This document shows, piece after piece, positions 1-11,430 of a stretch of DNA of 64,000 nt (position 1 is the first letter of the stretch; each line of letters starts with the position of its first letter). The stretch is taken from positions 31,312,001-31,376,000 of the forward strand of contig NC_087436.1 in assembly GCF_036321535.1 (NCBI RefSeq). The letters run 5' to 3'. This DNA comes from Camelus dromedarius (lineage: Eukaryota). The notes below the pieces were generated by a model. It was not told the DNA's origin and ran no database searches. It saw only the letters and a program-made list of their open reading frames with translations. Made by a program: the position numbers and the translations under genes.

Positions 1-184
1 GTAAGTGTAACATAAAAGAACAAAATTAATGAGGGTTGCAGACCCAGCCAAACAAGCAAATGTTGCATACATAAAATAAAGCAAAATACCAGCCTTGGGG
101 TATTAGTTAAATCTATATTGACAGATAAACTATGAAGAGGAGGGAAAGGAAGGAACCCTTTCTTTATCCATCTTTGCATAACTG

Positions 185-440
185 ATCCTTTTTCAACTTT
201 AAAGTCTCAGCTTAAATTCAGCTCCTCAGAGAGAACTGTAAACCCCTCTCCCAATATATCATTTCCAATTCTGTTGTTTTCATTTACAACACTTGTCACA
301 TTATTTATTGATTTGTTTATTAATCGCCTGTCTCCATAAATGCTAAGATCCTTAAGAGTCTACTTTATTCACTGATGTCTACCAGCATCTAGAGCAGTGT
401 CTGTTATATAGAGATGCTCAGTAAATATTGTTGGATGGAA
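185..440 (+). mobile_element. L2 LINE 3' end (degenerate)
   Basis: Resembles L2 3' consensus: aagtctcagcttaaat...ttattcactgatgtctaccagcatctagagcagtgtctg...gatgctcagtaaatattgttggatggaa. Confidence 0.7.
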
Positions 441-852
441 AAGAGAATCTTATTCACTTAGATGACGAAGTGACCTTCCATTCACAGTATAAAAGACACT
501 AGGTATCTTTTACACAATAAATAGAAGATCCACTAGACTAAGAAGAAAATTCCATCAAGGTCAAAGTGAACCTGCTGAAGTCAGTTGACCAAATGAATTC
601 TCACCAACCAAGACTTGCACATTCAATAAAATCAGCTCATAATTCAGTATCTGGCACATCATTCAACCAGGAAAACTTCATCTCTCCTCCAGTAAAAACC
701 TTATTGATAAGAGAGATCTTTAACTCAGCAAAAGCAGATGAGCTTATGGGATATCTATTACAGGACCATCATTCCAACATAAACCAAATCCTTACATTGC
801 CACTTATCAATCTTAAAGAACAATAGCTGATCAAGAGTATATGGTAAGCATA

Positions 853-2360
853 AAGGCAATCTACAGATTTGATGTGATCCCGATCAAATTACCCATGACA
901 TATGGATCAATGGAACAGAACACAAAGCCCAGAAATAAACCCACAGATCTACGGTCGATTAATCTTTGACAAAGGAGTCGAGAATATACAATGGAGAAAA
1001 GACAGTCCCTTCAGCAAGCAGTGCTGGGAAAACTGGACAGCAGCATGTAAATCAATGAAGTTACAACAATCCTTCACACCACACGCACAAAATAAACTCA
1101 AAATGGCTTAAAGACTTAAAGATAAGACAAGACACAGTAAACCTCCTAGAAGAAAACATAGGTAAAACATTCTCTGACAGAAATCTTAGCAATGTTCCCC
1201 TAGGGCAATCTACCAAGACAATAGAAATAAAAGCAAAAATTAACAAATGGGACCTAATTAATCTTATAAACTCTTGCACAGCAATGGAAACCATAGCAAA
1301 ACAAAACGACAACCAATGGAATGGGAGAAAATATTTGCAAATGATGTGACTGACAAAGGTTTAATTTCCAGAATATATAAACAGCTCACACAACTTAATA
1401 ACAAAAAAACAAATAACCCAATCCAAAAATGGGCAGAAGACATAAACAAGCAATACTTCAATGAAGACATACAAATAGCCAATAGGTACCTGAAAAAATG
1501 CTCAGTATCACTAATTATCAGAGAAATGCAAATCAAAACTACAATGAGGTATCACCTCACACCAGTCAGAATGGCCATCATTAAAAAGTCTGAATGATAA
1601 ATGCTGGAGAGGGTGTGGAGAAAAGGAAACCCTCCCACATTGCTGTTGGGAATGTAGTTTGGTGCAGCAATTATGGAAAACAGTACGGAGATTTGTCAAA
1701 AAACTAAAAATAGATTTACCATATGATCCAGCAATCCCACTCCTGGATATATATCCAGAGGGAACTCTAATTTAAAAAGATACATGCACCCCAATGCTCA
1801 TAACGGCACTGTATACAATAGCCAAGACATGGAAACAACCTAAATGTCCATCAATAGATGACCAGATAAAGAAGTTGTGGTATATTTATACAATGGAAAA
1901 CTACTCAGACATTAAAAAAGAATAAAATAATGCCATTCGCAGCAACATGGAGGGACCTAGAGATCATAATTCTAAGTAACCCAGAAAGAAAAAAAAATAC
2001 CATATGATATCACTCATATGTGGAATCTAAAAAAAGAAAAAAAGAGGACATTAATGAACTCATCTACAAAACAGAAACAGACTCACAGACATAGTAAACA
2101 ATCTTATGGTTACCAGGGGAAGTGGGTGGGAAGAGATAAAATTGGGAGTTTGAGATTTGCAAATGTTAGCCACTACATATAAAAACAGATTAAGTTTTTT
2201 TCTTCTGTATAGCACAGGGAACCATATTCAATATCTTGTAATAATATTTAATGAAAAAGAATATGAAAATGAATATATGTATGTATATGCATGAGTGGGA
2301 CATTGTGCTGTACACCAGAAATTGACACATTATAACTGATTGTACTTCAATTTAAAAAAA
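853..2360 (+). mobile_element. 5'-truncated L1 (ORF2 C-terminal part + 3' UTR + A tail), camelid/artiodactyl type
   Basis: ORFs 902-1111 (DQWNR...LIFDKG...CWENW) and 1274-1597 (EWEKIFAN...[11 protein letters not shown]...[13 protein letters not shown]) are L1 ORF2p motifs with stops/frameshifts. Degenerate 20-bp TSD aagagtatatggtaagcata (833-852) / aagattacatgataagcata (2361-2380), 17/20 match. Confidence 0.95.
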
Positions 2361-2531
2361 AAGATTACATGATAAGCATAGGCAAAACAGCCTTTATCTT
2401 GTAATTTCTTGAGACCATTTTATGAACACCACTATCTAAGTTAAAACTTTTTCCTAGTTCACCAAGACCATAGTTAACCAGATACTATTATTACGAGAAT
2501 AAGAGAGAAACAGAGAAAGGATGTATATATT

Positions 2532-2568
2532 TGTGTGTGTGTGTGTGTGTGTGTATATACACACACAC
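2532..2568. repeat. (TG)n-TATATA-(CA)n microsatellite
   Basis: Directly visible; alternating purine-pyrimidine and partly self-complementary. Confidence 0.95.
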
Positions 2569-2726
2569 TGATCTTCTAAAAATATAAATTCTGAAACCAT
2601 TATTTTGTCCTAAGCCTTTAAAATCTTCACATTTGGAGCAGCAATAGTTTTCTTTTCATGCAACAAAGTGAAAAAGAAAAAAGCAGCTCTCCACATCTGG
2701 AGCTGTTTAGATCTTAGAGCTAACAA

Positions 2727-3699
2727 TGTGGTTTGCAAGCAGGTCTGAGGATCACAGGTCATTTTGTTTTCCTGTTGGACATAACCAGTCTCAGAGAATA
2801 TCAACATCAGACAAGGTCACTCTGAGATCATGATAAAGTGAAACAAAAGCAAGGATATTGTGCAACATGCAAAGCACAAACCATCTAAATGAGTGACTGC
2901 TGCTTCTTTACCCTTTACAGCTTTGCCCTCACTCTGGTCTGTCCTCCCTATAAATAAGATTTACTGAGATATGCATAGAATTTCCCTGTGTTCTGACAGA
3001 GTGAGCACCTACTTCCTTAGATCCTCCCCCAAATTACCCAACCAAAGCTCAAATCCTGTAAGTCCTAATTACCCTTCATTGAAAAACCCATATTTTTTTA
3101 TCAAGGAAAACTCAATATAGGATGGAGTTTAAAAGGCAAGAAAGACTTTATTCAAGCCTACTTCAACAGGGAGGAGAGATTTAACTCAACTCCACTAAAA
3201 CAAAAGTAGGTGAGTTGTTAAGCCCCAGGTGAGCCAGTGGAAAAGTACTGGAGGACATTAGTTGGAGGTTGGTCAATGTGATTAGACCTTCTGGGTTTGC
3301 TAACTAGTGTTTCTCAAGGTTAGGCTCCCACCTTCCCACAAAGACTGTGAGATAGGGACACTATCTTCCCTGCTGATTCCATTTCAAAGGGATGACTCCA
3401 GGTCCTTGAGAAAGACACACCTGGTTATAAAGCTGGAAAGAGGCTGAGAGATTTAGTCACAAAAGGTAGAGAAAGAATGTACAGCAGCAAATTTTCTAAA
3501 GTAAATGCCCTAAGGAAGGGAGGACAGGGGACTACAGCCAGAAAGAAGCCTGCCTAAAGTTCAGTGAAGCTGAAGGGAAAGTTAAGTTTGTCTCGGACAG
3601 TCCCCACGGTGCATTTGGTCTCTAGCAGCAATCACAATAAACCCAACTTGTTCATCTGTATATGTGTTCCTCGTGTTCTTTGGCTGAAGGTCATTGACA
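2727..3699 (+). mobile_element. ERV1-class solo LTR (MER89-like), split by a nested LTR
   Basis: TG...CA ends; caacatcagacaaggtcactctg and gagtgactgctgcttctttacc motifs; resumes at ~3600 with aataaacccaacttgttc...ggtcattgaca. Family name from memory. Confidence 0.65.
3099..3599 (-). mobile_element. ERV1 LTR (MER67-like) nested in the preceding LTR
   Basis: Reverse complement resembles MER67 (cttcagcttcactgaactttaggcaggcttctt...gcatttactttagaaaa); minus-strand AATAAA near 3150. Confidence 0.75.
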
Positions 3700-4002
3700 A
3701 AGGCAAGAAGGGAAAAAAAAGTAAATGAAGAAAAATCATATCTTGTTTTCAACTCATGATCAACTAAATTTAATCTAGAATTAGAATAAATTTAATCTAA
3801 TCGAATTAGAGAAAAAATTTCCCCTATTAATATTTAATATACAACTTCTTGGTCCTTCGATGGATTCATTTCAAGTAAGATGAAATGCAGGGCTTTATGT
3901 GCTCAGTGGCTGGATCACACTGATATGTTATTTTCTAAGAGCAAATTTGGGGGTTTTGTTTGGTTGGCTTTTTTTTTCCCCTGAAACAGTTCCTTAGGTC
4001 TT

Positions 4003-4206
4003 TTTAAAACCCAGTTTGTTGTGCTATTATTGACATTTAAAAAGCAGTACATATTTAATGTATACAGCTTGATGTGTTTGGAGGTAAGTATACATCTGTG
4101 AAACCAGCACTGCAAACTATGTCATAAACATATCTGTCACTTTCAAAAGTTTCCTTCTTCTCTCTTTATTACTATTAGTGTGTGTGTGGGGGGGGGGTAA
4201 TAAGAA
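4003..4206 (-). mobile_element. Old L1 (L1MA/L1MB-like) 3' end
   Basis: ttgacatttaaaaagcagtacatatttaatgtatacagcttgatg...catctgtgaaaccagcac pattern of antisense L1M 3' UTR. Confidence 0.7.
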
Positions 4207-4456
4207 TGTAATGTTTTGCTTTGAAACTACAAAATCATCACATGTTTCCAAGCATCTTTAAAATGTGAAAGCACCTACTGGGCTGTCCCTCTCTCATCGT
4301 GTTTACCGCTAAGGATATGATGATCTCCTAACATTCTGAATTCTTGGGAAGTGCCTCACAACTTTAGTTTAATAAAATATGTAAGTTTTATCCAATTTTA
4401 CCAAGGCCATATAAAATTTTACAAATGGCAGACAAAAAAAATGTTTAGACCTAAAT

Positions 4457-4682
4457 CAAGAGTCCTCAAATCACAGCGTACAGGACAGGTCCAGCCCAGC
4501 CCTTGCTGTTTTTGTGAATGAAGTTTAAGAGGGACACAACCATGCCCATTTATTTATCTACGGTATATAGTGGCTTTTGAGCTACGATGACAGAGTTGAA
4601 TAGTTGTGACAAAAACCACCTGGCCTGCAAAGTCTAAAATATTTACTATCTGGCCCTTTACACAGAAGTCTGCCAACTCCAG
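4457..4682 (+). mobile_element. MER58A-like hAT-Charlie MITE
   Basis: ggcagagttgagtagttg-like core (cagagttgaatagttgtgac) and tggcctgcaaagtctaaaatatttactatctggccctttaca terminal motif. Confidence 0.8.
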
Positions 4683-5923
4683 ATCTGTGTTAAAACGTAG
4701 AAAAATCATTTGTCAGAGACCTTTAAAATATATAAAATCAAATTTAAATCCTTTAAAATATATAAAATCAAGCATATTTTTTCTTATTCTTGCAGGGTTC
4801 ATTATCTCTCAACTTTTGATTTTTTTTAACCAATAATAGATACTTTAATGTATTCAAATTATTATTACTTCATTTAACTCGACCATGTTCTGTGCCATCT
4901 GTAATGAGCTTTTACCAAATACCTTTCCCAGCCTACTACCTTTATTTTTGATTATTAAACAACTCATCCCTATCAACTTCTCAATAACAGCCATGGTTTC
5001 TCTCAGGTCTTCCAAAAATACATATACTAAAGATTTCTATTTTTGAAATTCTGGTAAGAATTTCAGCTTGGCATGTGACATTAAGGACCAAATTCTTGTC
5101 CTGGGTTTGCTGAGTTGAACATTTTGACTTCTCACTCAGTAATATGTGAAAAAGAAGCAAATGTCAAACACTTTTGTGATATCAAACAGAGGTAGTAATT
5201 TTAGCCAGCACCTCTTCAAAATGCTTCCTCCCTAATGAGAATACATAAGGAAGAAAACAGACTAATCTTCCACAAAGGACAATGTAACATTAAAGGCAGT
5301 AGAAGCAGATGTACGTTCATGCTGTAGCACTGTTTTCAGGTCAATTTTCTCAGCACAGTTTCAGGATAGTAGGTTTCCCTGAGACTTTCAGGATGGCTGT
5401 GGATTCTCCCCCCGACACTCTTGAATCCAAAGTCAAGGAAAAACTGAAGATAGCCTTCTTCTCTACCCCTGTCACAACAGAGGTCAGCAAGGAAATAAAA
5501 GGTGCCACCCAGGCCACTATACTGGAGAATGGAGCTTTTGGTGAGAGTAGGGCAAAGAACAAATCTTTCTCCCTGTTCTTTCCCTTCATATTATTCATCT
5601 GATACTATCTCAGAAGGCATTTAAAACAAAAGGTTCAAGGAGAAAGGGGCCCAAAGTGGTCTTCTCTAGGCATTCAGAGAGAAGAATAAAAGGTGTAGTC
5701 AAGGTCCCTCCAAGGATCCACTGATGCTTCCAGAGCAAAGGTGGGTGCCAGAAATGTGCCATTTTCCCCTTCAGATCCACATTCTACCCTTCACCAGGGT
5801 CTCTCCGGCTTCAGGAGCCTGACCACATGGACTACATCAAAGGGAGAATGTTGAGGATTATCATATGGAAAAAGTAGAAGAGGTATCATTATATGCGAAC
5901 TCTACTGTGGCTTCAGAAGCTAC

Positions 5924-6577
5924 GATATATAAAATGGGGTCCTGCAGTAGAGAGGAGAGAGAGAGAGATCAGATCACTGAGTCGGGTTCCCTGCTGGGTT
6001 GCCTCAGATTGGCTCTTGAAACCGGTCCCCCAAGAACAGAGTTCTCTTACCAAGATTATGATTAATCTCTCTATCCAAAACTTTATTCCCTTGCTTGCCA
6101 CCTCTGACCTTAAACCCCTTCTTGTCCGCTCTGACTTCAATCCTGTACTAACTGAACTAATTCACTGGAGTCAGATGACTAAGATTGCTGTTGTCAGCCT
6201 TAATGCAATAAAAATGCTGTTGTAGATATTATCATTCATGTACAAACGCAGGTTGTTTCTCCAGGGCAAGGTGAGCTCACAGACCCCCAAGCCATGGACC
6301 AACTAGCCAGAGAATCATAAACTAGAGACATCCTGACTCCTGAAGCCATGATTAAGCAATATCACAGAAATGTCACAAGACAGTAATTAATCCCAGTTTC
6401 TTTGTTCTTCCCCTTTAAAACATCACTAACTCAAAGACCAAGATGGAGTGGACCTGAATATTGTCTCCCACTCCTTTGCTTGGCACCTTGCAAATAAATC
6501 CTTACTTTGCTGCAAACAGTCACCGTCAGAGTCTGGCTTTCTGTGCTGCTGGCCACATGAGGCTTTCCTTGGCTACA
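5924..6577 (+). mobile_element. ERV1-type solo LTR, family unassigned
   Basis: TATA-like tttaaaa ~6414, then aataaatccttactttgctgcaaa and a U5-like end ...gaggctttccttggctaca. Interrupts LTR33. 5' boundary uncertain. Confidence 0.6.
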
Positions 6578-6635
6578 CTCTCAGCTTTAACCTAAGGTCA
6601 AAGCTCCTCTCAAGACAGCTCTCTCTACCTGGCTC

Positions 6636-6782
6636 TGTGGTGTGTCTGTGTGGCGGGGTTTAGTGTGTACTGATATGCAGGGGTGATGAAGAAAGGATTT
6701 TGAGCACTATCATATGGAAGAAATAGAAAAGATAGGAAAAGATACCATTAGATGCAAACTCTATTTGTGACTTTAGAGGCTA

Positions 6783-6832
<50 letters not shown>

Positions 6833-7094
6833 TTTCTTTAGCAATTAGTTGATAGCAAATGGAAAGCGCTCAATTTTTCGTACCAGCAAAGGCACAATTT
6901 TCTGTCAATGAATTTATAGTCACTAATAATTTCCTGGACCCACTTTGGAATGCCTGATTGTTAAGGAAAAGGAGGGTGATTGACAGGAGGAAAGGATGCC
7001 AGTGAGGTAGCACCCACCCCCACACATATTTTATTTCCCATTCCAACTATCGCTCGGAGACACCTTAACTGAAACTCCCCCACTGCCTATTCCA
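6636..7094. repeat. Locally templated insertion: inverted copy of 8014-8276 + direct copy of 8699-8861
   Basis: Manual alignment: 6636-6932 = revcomp of 8014-8276 (~95% outside indels); 6931-7094 = 8699-8861 (~92%). Confidence 0.95.
6785..6831. repeat. (AC)23 microsatellite
   Basis: Pure dinucleotide run. Confidence 0.98.
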
Positions 7095-7919
7095 TCCTTC
7101 CAGATGGTAGCAACTGCCTCTTCCTGCTTCCTTTCAGATCTAGGGGCCATCAGAGGTCCACTGTACTAGCCCCTGCATATTGCACTGCCCCTTGTACTTT
7201 CCTTATGCCTCTCCCGCACCTTTACAAAAAGAATATTTATTAAACCATCCTTGAATTATTTTAATTTGAGTTTAAATAGTTTAATTTAATTAATTTAATT
7301 TTAACTTGGATCTAGACTGATATATGGGGCTAGATATCCTAAATAATAGTGTGCATTTGCCTGGAGTGTGCACTTAAGCATATATTTCTTAAGAAGCAGG
7401 CAATGTGGCAGCAAAGTGTGGTTTGATAAAGTAGAAGAGAGGGAAGGAAATTTTCAACCTTTAAGAACAATTGATAATAATATTCACATTTAGAATGTAT
7501 CGGATCTTGTTCTCTCCATCCCCTGAACCATTCTGGTAGAAGTAATTTAGATGATTAGGGAAACAGTTCATTTTCTGCAGAACCAAGTAAGCTACTGTGA
7601 AGCCCATGATAAGAAAAAGTTGGCTAATTCAAGAATTAGGCACAGGAAGACTACTACAATGTGCCATCTTGAAAGAGGTGCCACAAGCAGTAAAGTTTAG
7701 TTCTTCTCTGATGAAAGAAAGAAGCTTCCAGCTATCTGAAACCTGTCTGATTACCAGGAAGTCAAAGAACAGTCACCATTCTATAACAACATCTAAGCTC
7801 ACACTAGGCAGAGTATCACAGTTATGTCTGTTTTAGAACCTGCACAACTCTGGCCAGGTGAAATCAGGGGGAAAAATGTCAATCTGAACTAAAATAATTG
7901 TAAATTAGAGAATTAAGAT

Positions 7920-8520
7920 AGCTTGTGGTTGGAGGGACTTTTAGTCTCTAAACCAACCTGTATGCAGGATGCCTCCCACAGTACCTCTAAAAAGGGTCTG
8001 ACAATAACTTGAAAAATCATTAGTGACTATAAATTCATTGACAGAAAATTGTGCCTTTCCTGGCATGAAAAAGTGAGAGCTTTCCATTTGCTATCAACTA
8101 ATTGCTAAAGAAAATGTGTTTGTGTGTGTGTGTGTGTAGTTGCCTCTAAAGTCACAAATAGAGTTTGCATCTAATGTTATCTTTTCTATTTCTTCCATAT
8201 GATAGTGCTCAGAATCCTTTCTTCATCACCCCTGCTTATCAATACACACTAAACCCTGCCACACACACACACCACATATACACATGCACTTTTCCTATTC
8301 TCTGGGTAAAATGTTTAGTTCCTTCACCTTTTTCTCATATTCTGTTTTTCTATAATATTCTCCCATCCTGAACTCTATTCTTTAGACATTTTTTGGTTTA
8401 TCACTGTCCTTATTAAAGCAGCTAATCCCAGCACTATTTTTTATTCAGATAGTGTAGCTATTCTGGGAGTGTGTTGAAATGAAAGTGATCTGGATTCTAT
8501 TATCCTTCATATTATCTATC
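7920..8520 (-). mobile_element. L3/CR1 LINE 3' region (highly degenerate)
   Basis: gttggagggactttt start; tcttccatatgatagtgctc and ttctctgggtaaaatgtttagttccttcacc resemble antisense L3. Confidence 0.55.
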
Positions 8521-9914
8521 TGCCCAGGTTCAATCTCTCTATTAACTGTCACTCTTTGAATACAGTCGTTCAATTAGAGAGACTATCAAATCTAGGAATG
8601 AAGAACTCATTTCTGTTATTTCATTTACACACCCAGAAATGTTTAAGCCACCTGAACTAAAAGCAGAAGGGGAAGTAATGCTACCAACACATAGAAACTT
8701 CCTGGAGCCACACTGGAATGCCTGATTGTTAAGGTAAAGGAGGGTGACTGACAGGAGGAAAGGATACCAGTGAGATAGCACCCACCCCCCACATATTTTA
8801 TTTCCCATTCCAACTATTGCTCAGGGACACCTTAACTGAACCTCCCCCACTGCCTATACCAGAGGCAGCTGGATTTGCTAAGATATCTGCATATTGCTTT
8901 TCTCTAAAAGATGTCTTCAAAAATATTTCATATTTTCCATTGATTCCAAAGAGACCTGGGTTTTTACAGATGTAGTAAGCATTATAGAAATGCCACATAG
9001 AAGAGTGTCAAAGACTGTGTCTGGCGGTTTGCATGGTACAGGTTCCGAATGCTTTCACAAAAGGTGAGAGTCTTTGCAAGAGCAGGAGCAAAATCCCAGA
9101 GAGGTTGCAAGAAAGCCCCTTGAAAGGTCTGCCACTTTGTTGTGATAAAAGCTAACAGAGGAAAGGATGAAACATGCTACTGGCTAGGATTTCAGCTAGC
9201 TTCATGAGAGTGAAGAAACTGTAATGAACACAACTTTTGAATCTCAAGGGGAAAAAGAAAAGTCCATGCAAGAAGTAAGGACATATTTTATAAGGTGAAG
9301 TCTCCACCTATAATTCTCAGCTGTGCTTTCAGGGAGTCTAATGAACACTTTTAAAATATAGGTGCTAATCTGTGTATTTACCTGTGGTTTTAGAAAAGTA
9401 CAGGATGAATCTGACAGAGGGCTTATTATGCTGCATAAAACAATTACATAATGAGCCTACTACTGATCCTTGGTGAAAGCCTTGGTCATAAAACTAGAGA
9501 TATTTGTAATTATTAAATTATACCCTATGCTTTCCCCCCAAAAAAGGATTTAAAGCATTTTATAGAAAAACTTTTTCTTATACAGTGGGGTAGAATCATT
9601 AGATAAAGTTAGACAATTTAGACCTGGACTGAAAATTTGACTGTAAGCTTCCTCGTGGCTGAAGCCAAGTGGGAGTGCAATGAGATTGTGGGTAGACTCC
9701 AGTCTAGCTCAGCAGAACCTGAGATTTCCCCCAAAACTGTCTCAGGGCTCCAAAGACAGGTAACATAGGTGTATTCACCTGCTACCCCTGTTTCAACCGT
9801 TGGCTCTCTTTTGGCCAGACATGTTTTTCCTGAAGTCTATATATGAAATATGATACTGAAAAAAATTCTAATCAACCATAAGTTTAAAAATACTTTAGGT
9901 ACTAAGGAGAGACA

Positions 9915-10157
9915 CAGAGAGATAACTGGAAAATTAAAAAAAAAACATAAAAATTAAACAACACACTTTTAAATAATATATCAGTCAAGGAAGAAATCTC
10001 AAGGGACATTTAAAAATATTTTGAACTAGATGAAAATGAAAACACAACTTATCAAAATCCGTGAGATGCAGCAAAAGCAGCATTTAGAGGAAATTTTATC
10101 ACTTGAATGCAGGTATTAGAAAGAAGAATCATCTATAATCTAAGTTTTGACCCTAGA
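9915..10157 (+). mobile_element. Old L1 ORF2 fragment (after the endonuclease domain)
   Basis: aaattaaacaacacacttttaaataat...gaagaaatctcaaggga...gaaaatgaaaacacaacttatcaaaat...gatgcagcaaaagcag (ENENTTYQN..DAAKA). Confidence 0.8.
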
Positions 10158-10269
10158 TATTTCCTAGGGTTTGTTAGTGTTAGTGTGAGTGTGTGACTGT
10201 AACCCAATAAAACTTTATTAACTGATATGGGGAGGGCTACTCACAGGTAAATCTCTTGATTTAGGAAAC

Positions 10270-10709
10270 TTGACCCAATCCCTTCTCTTAGAGTTAAATC
10301 TTTTCTGGTGGAGAAACCCATCAAGCTGATCCCATACTTGGGCTAGTAGTTGTCTAAGGTGGGCATGTGACCCAGTTCTAGCCAAAGAGATATGAGGGAG
10401 AGGGGGTCTCCTGGAAAAAGTTTCTCATTCCTAAGAAGGAAAGGAGACGTCAGAACAGATCATCCCTTTGTGCCTTTCACTGCTGTCTGTAGATGCGATG
10501 CCCAGAACTGCTGCAGCCATTCTGCTGATGGGCTGAGCATAAAGCCAGCACACCTCGGATGCAGAGCTAAGAGATCCTCAGAGAAGTGCAGCCCTGCCCT
10601 ATTATGGCCTAAGTTTTGCTTGTTGAATTCTTGTTAGTAAGATAATAGATCATCTACATTGGTTAAACCATTAAGAGAGGTCACAGCCTAAAACAGCCTA
10701 ATTGACACA
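10270..10709 (+). mobile_element. MaLR LTR (MLT1J/K/L-like)
   Basis: gggcatgtgacccagttctagccaa, gatgcccagaactgctgcagccatt, 3' end cctaattgacaca. Confidence 0.65.
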
Positions 10710-11226
10710 GAAAGAAAGAGAGAAAAGATAGGAATGATTTCCTTCCACTGAGGTAATTACAACATACTATAGTTTAATAATTTATGTATTCATCATATAT
10801 GCATTAAAATTAAATATATAAAACATGAATCTCACTCTATGGCCTAAGAATTTTACTTGAAAGTTTGAAGATATCCTCCCATCCTAGATATCAAAAAGCA
10901 TTAATTTAAATAAGAAAAATAGAAAAAGTAGAAAAATATAACAAAGCATCTTGAGATAAAATTGGGAGATATAAATCATGACAATGTGTAATATCTCTAT
11001 TACATTACAAGACAAATTAATTACATGTCTATGAAATAGAAAGTCAATTTTGATGAAAGTTTCCCTTTATTTCAGGAGAATGTCACCTTATCCAAAAAAG
11101 CCAAGAAGCTCATTATGAAACATTGAACAGTTTTTAGATCTTGGTTGTCTTCCTTTGGGAATAGTATACTGTTGGAGTCTACCATGTCCTCTATTGATCT
11201 AGAGTACTCTGGATACACTAAGCCAC

Positions 11227-11430
11227 TGTAGGAAATGGTATTTTTCATGGAAAGCTGTAACAATATGTATCGTATTCCATATGCCTCCACAATTGACACA
11301 TATAGCTCCATCAAGAGGTGGAATCTATGTTCCCTCTTCTTGAACCTGAGTGAACATTTATAATTGCCTTAACCAGGAGAATTCAGTGGAAGTGATATTG
11401 CTTGACTTCCAAGGTTGGTTCTTAAAAGCT
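11227..11430 (+). mobile_element. MaLR LTR 5' part (MLT1F/G-like)
   Basis: ctccatcaagaggtggaatctatgttccctcttcttgaacctg...gaagtgatattgcttgacttccaagg. Confidence 0.7.

Larger units (their letters stand above)
5744..7324 (+). mobile_element. LTR33-like ERVL LTR in three pieces (~5744-5843, 6578-6635, 7095-7324)
   Basis: cagatccacattctacccttc...gcctgaccacatggactacatcaa (5' part); aaggtcaaagctcct (middle); cccgcacctttacaaaaagaatatttattaaac...gactgatata (3' part). Confidence 0.65.

Noticed and set aside
902..1597. ORFs resembling a reverse-transcriptase protein C-terminus
   Set aside because: Frameshifted fragments of a truncated L1 ORF2, not a gene
3765..3810. Short imperfect tandem duplications (also 37802-37827, 43652-43690, 47422-47454, 54535-54573)
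   Set aside because: Ordinary slippage duplications of two units; not CRISPR-like arrays
5309..5602. Overlapping 97-aa (+) and 82-aa (-) ORFs
   Set aside because: No recognisable homology or convincing exon structure; length expected by chance
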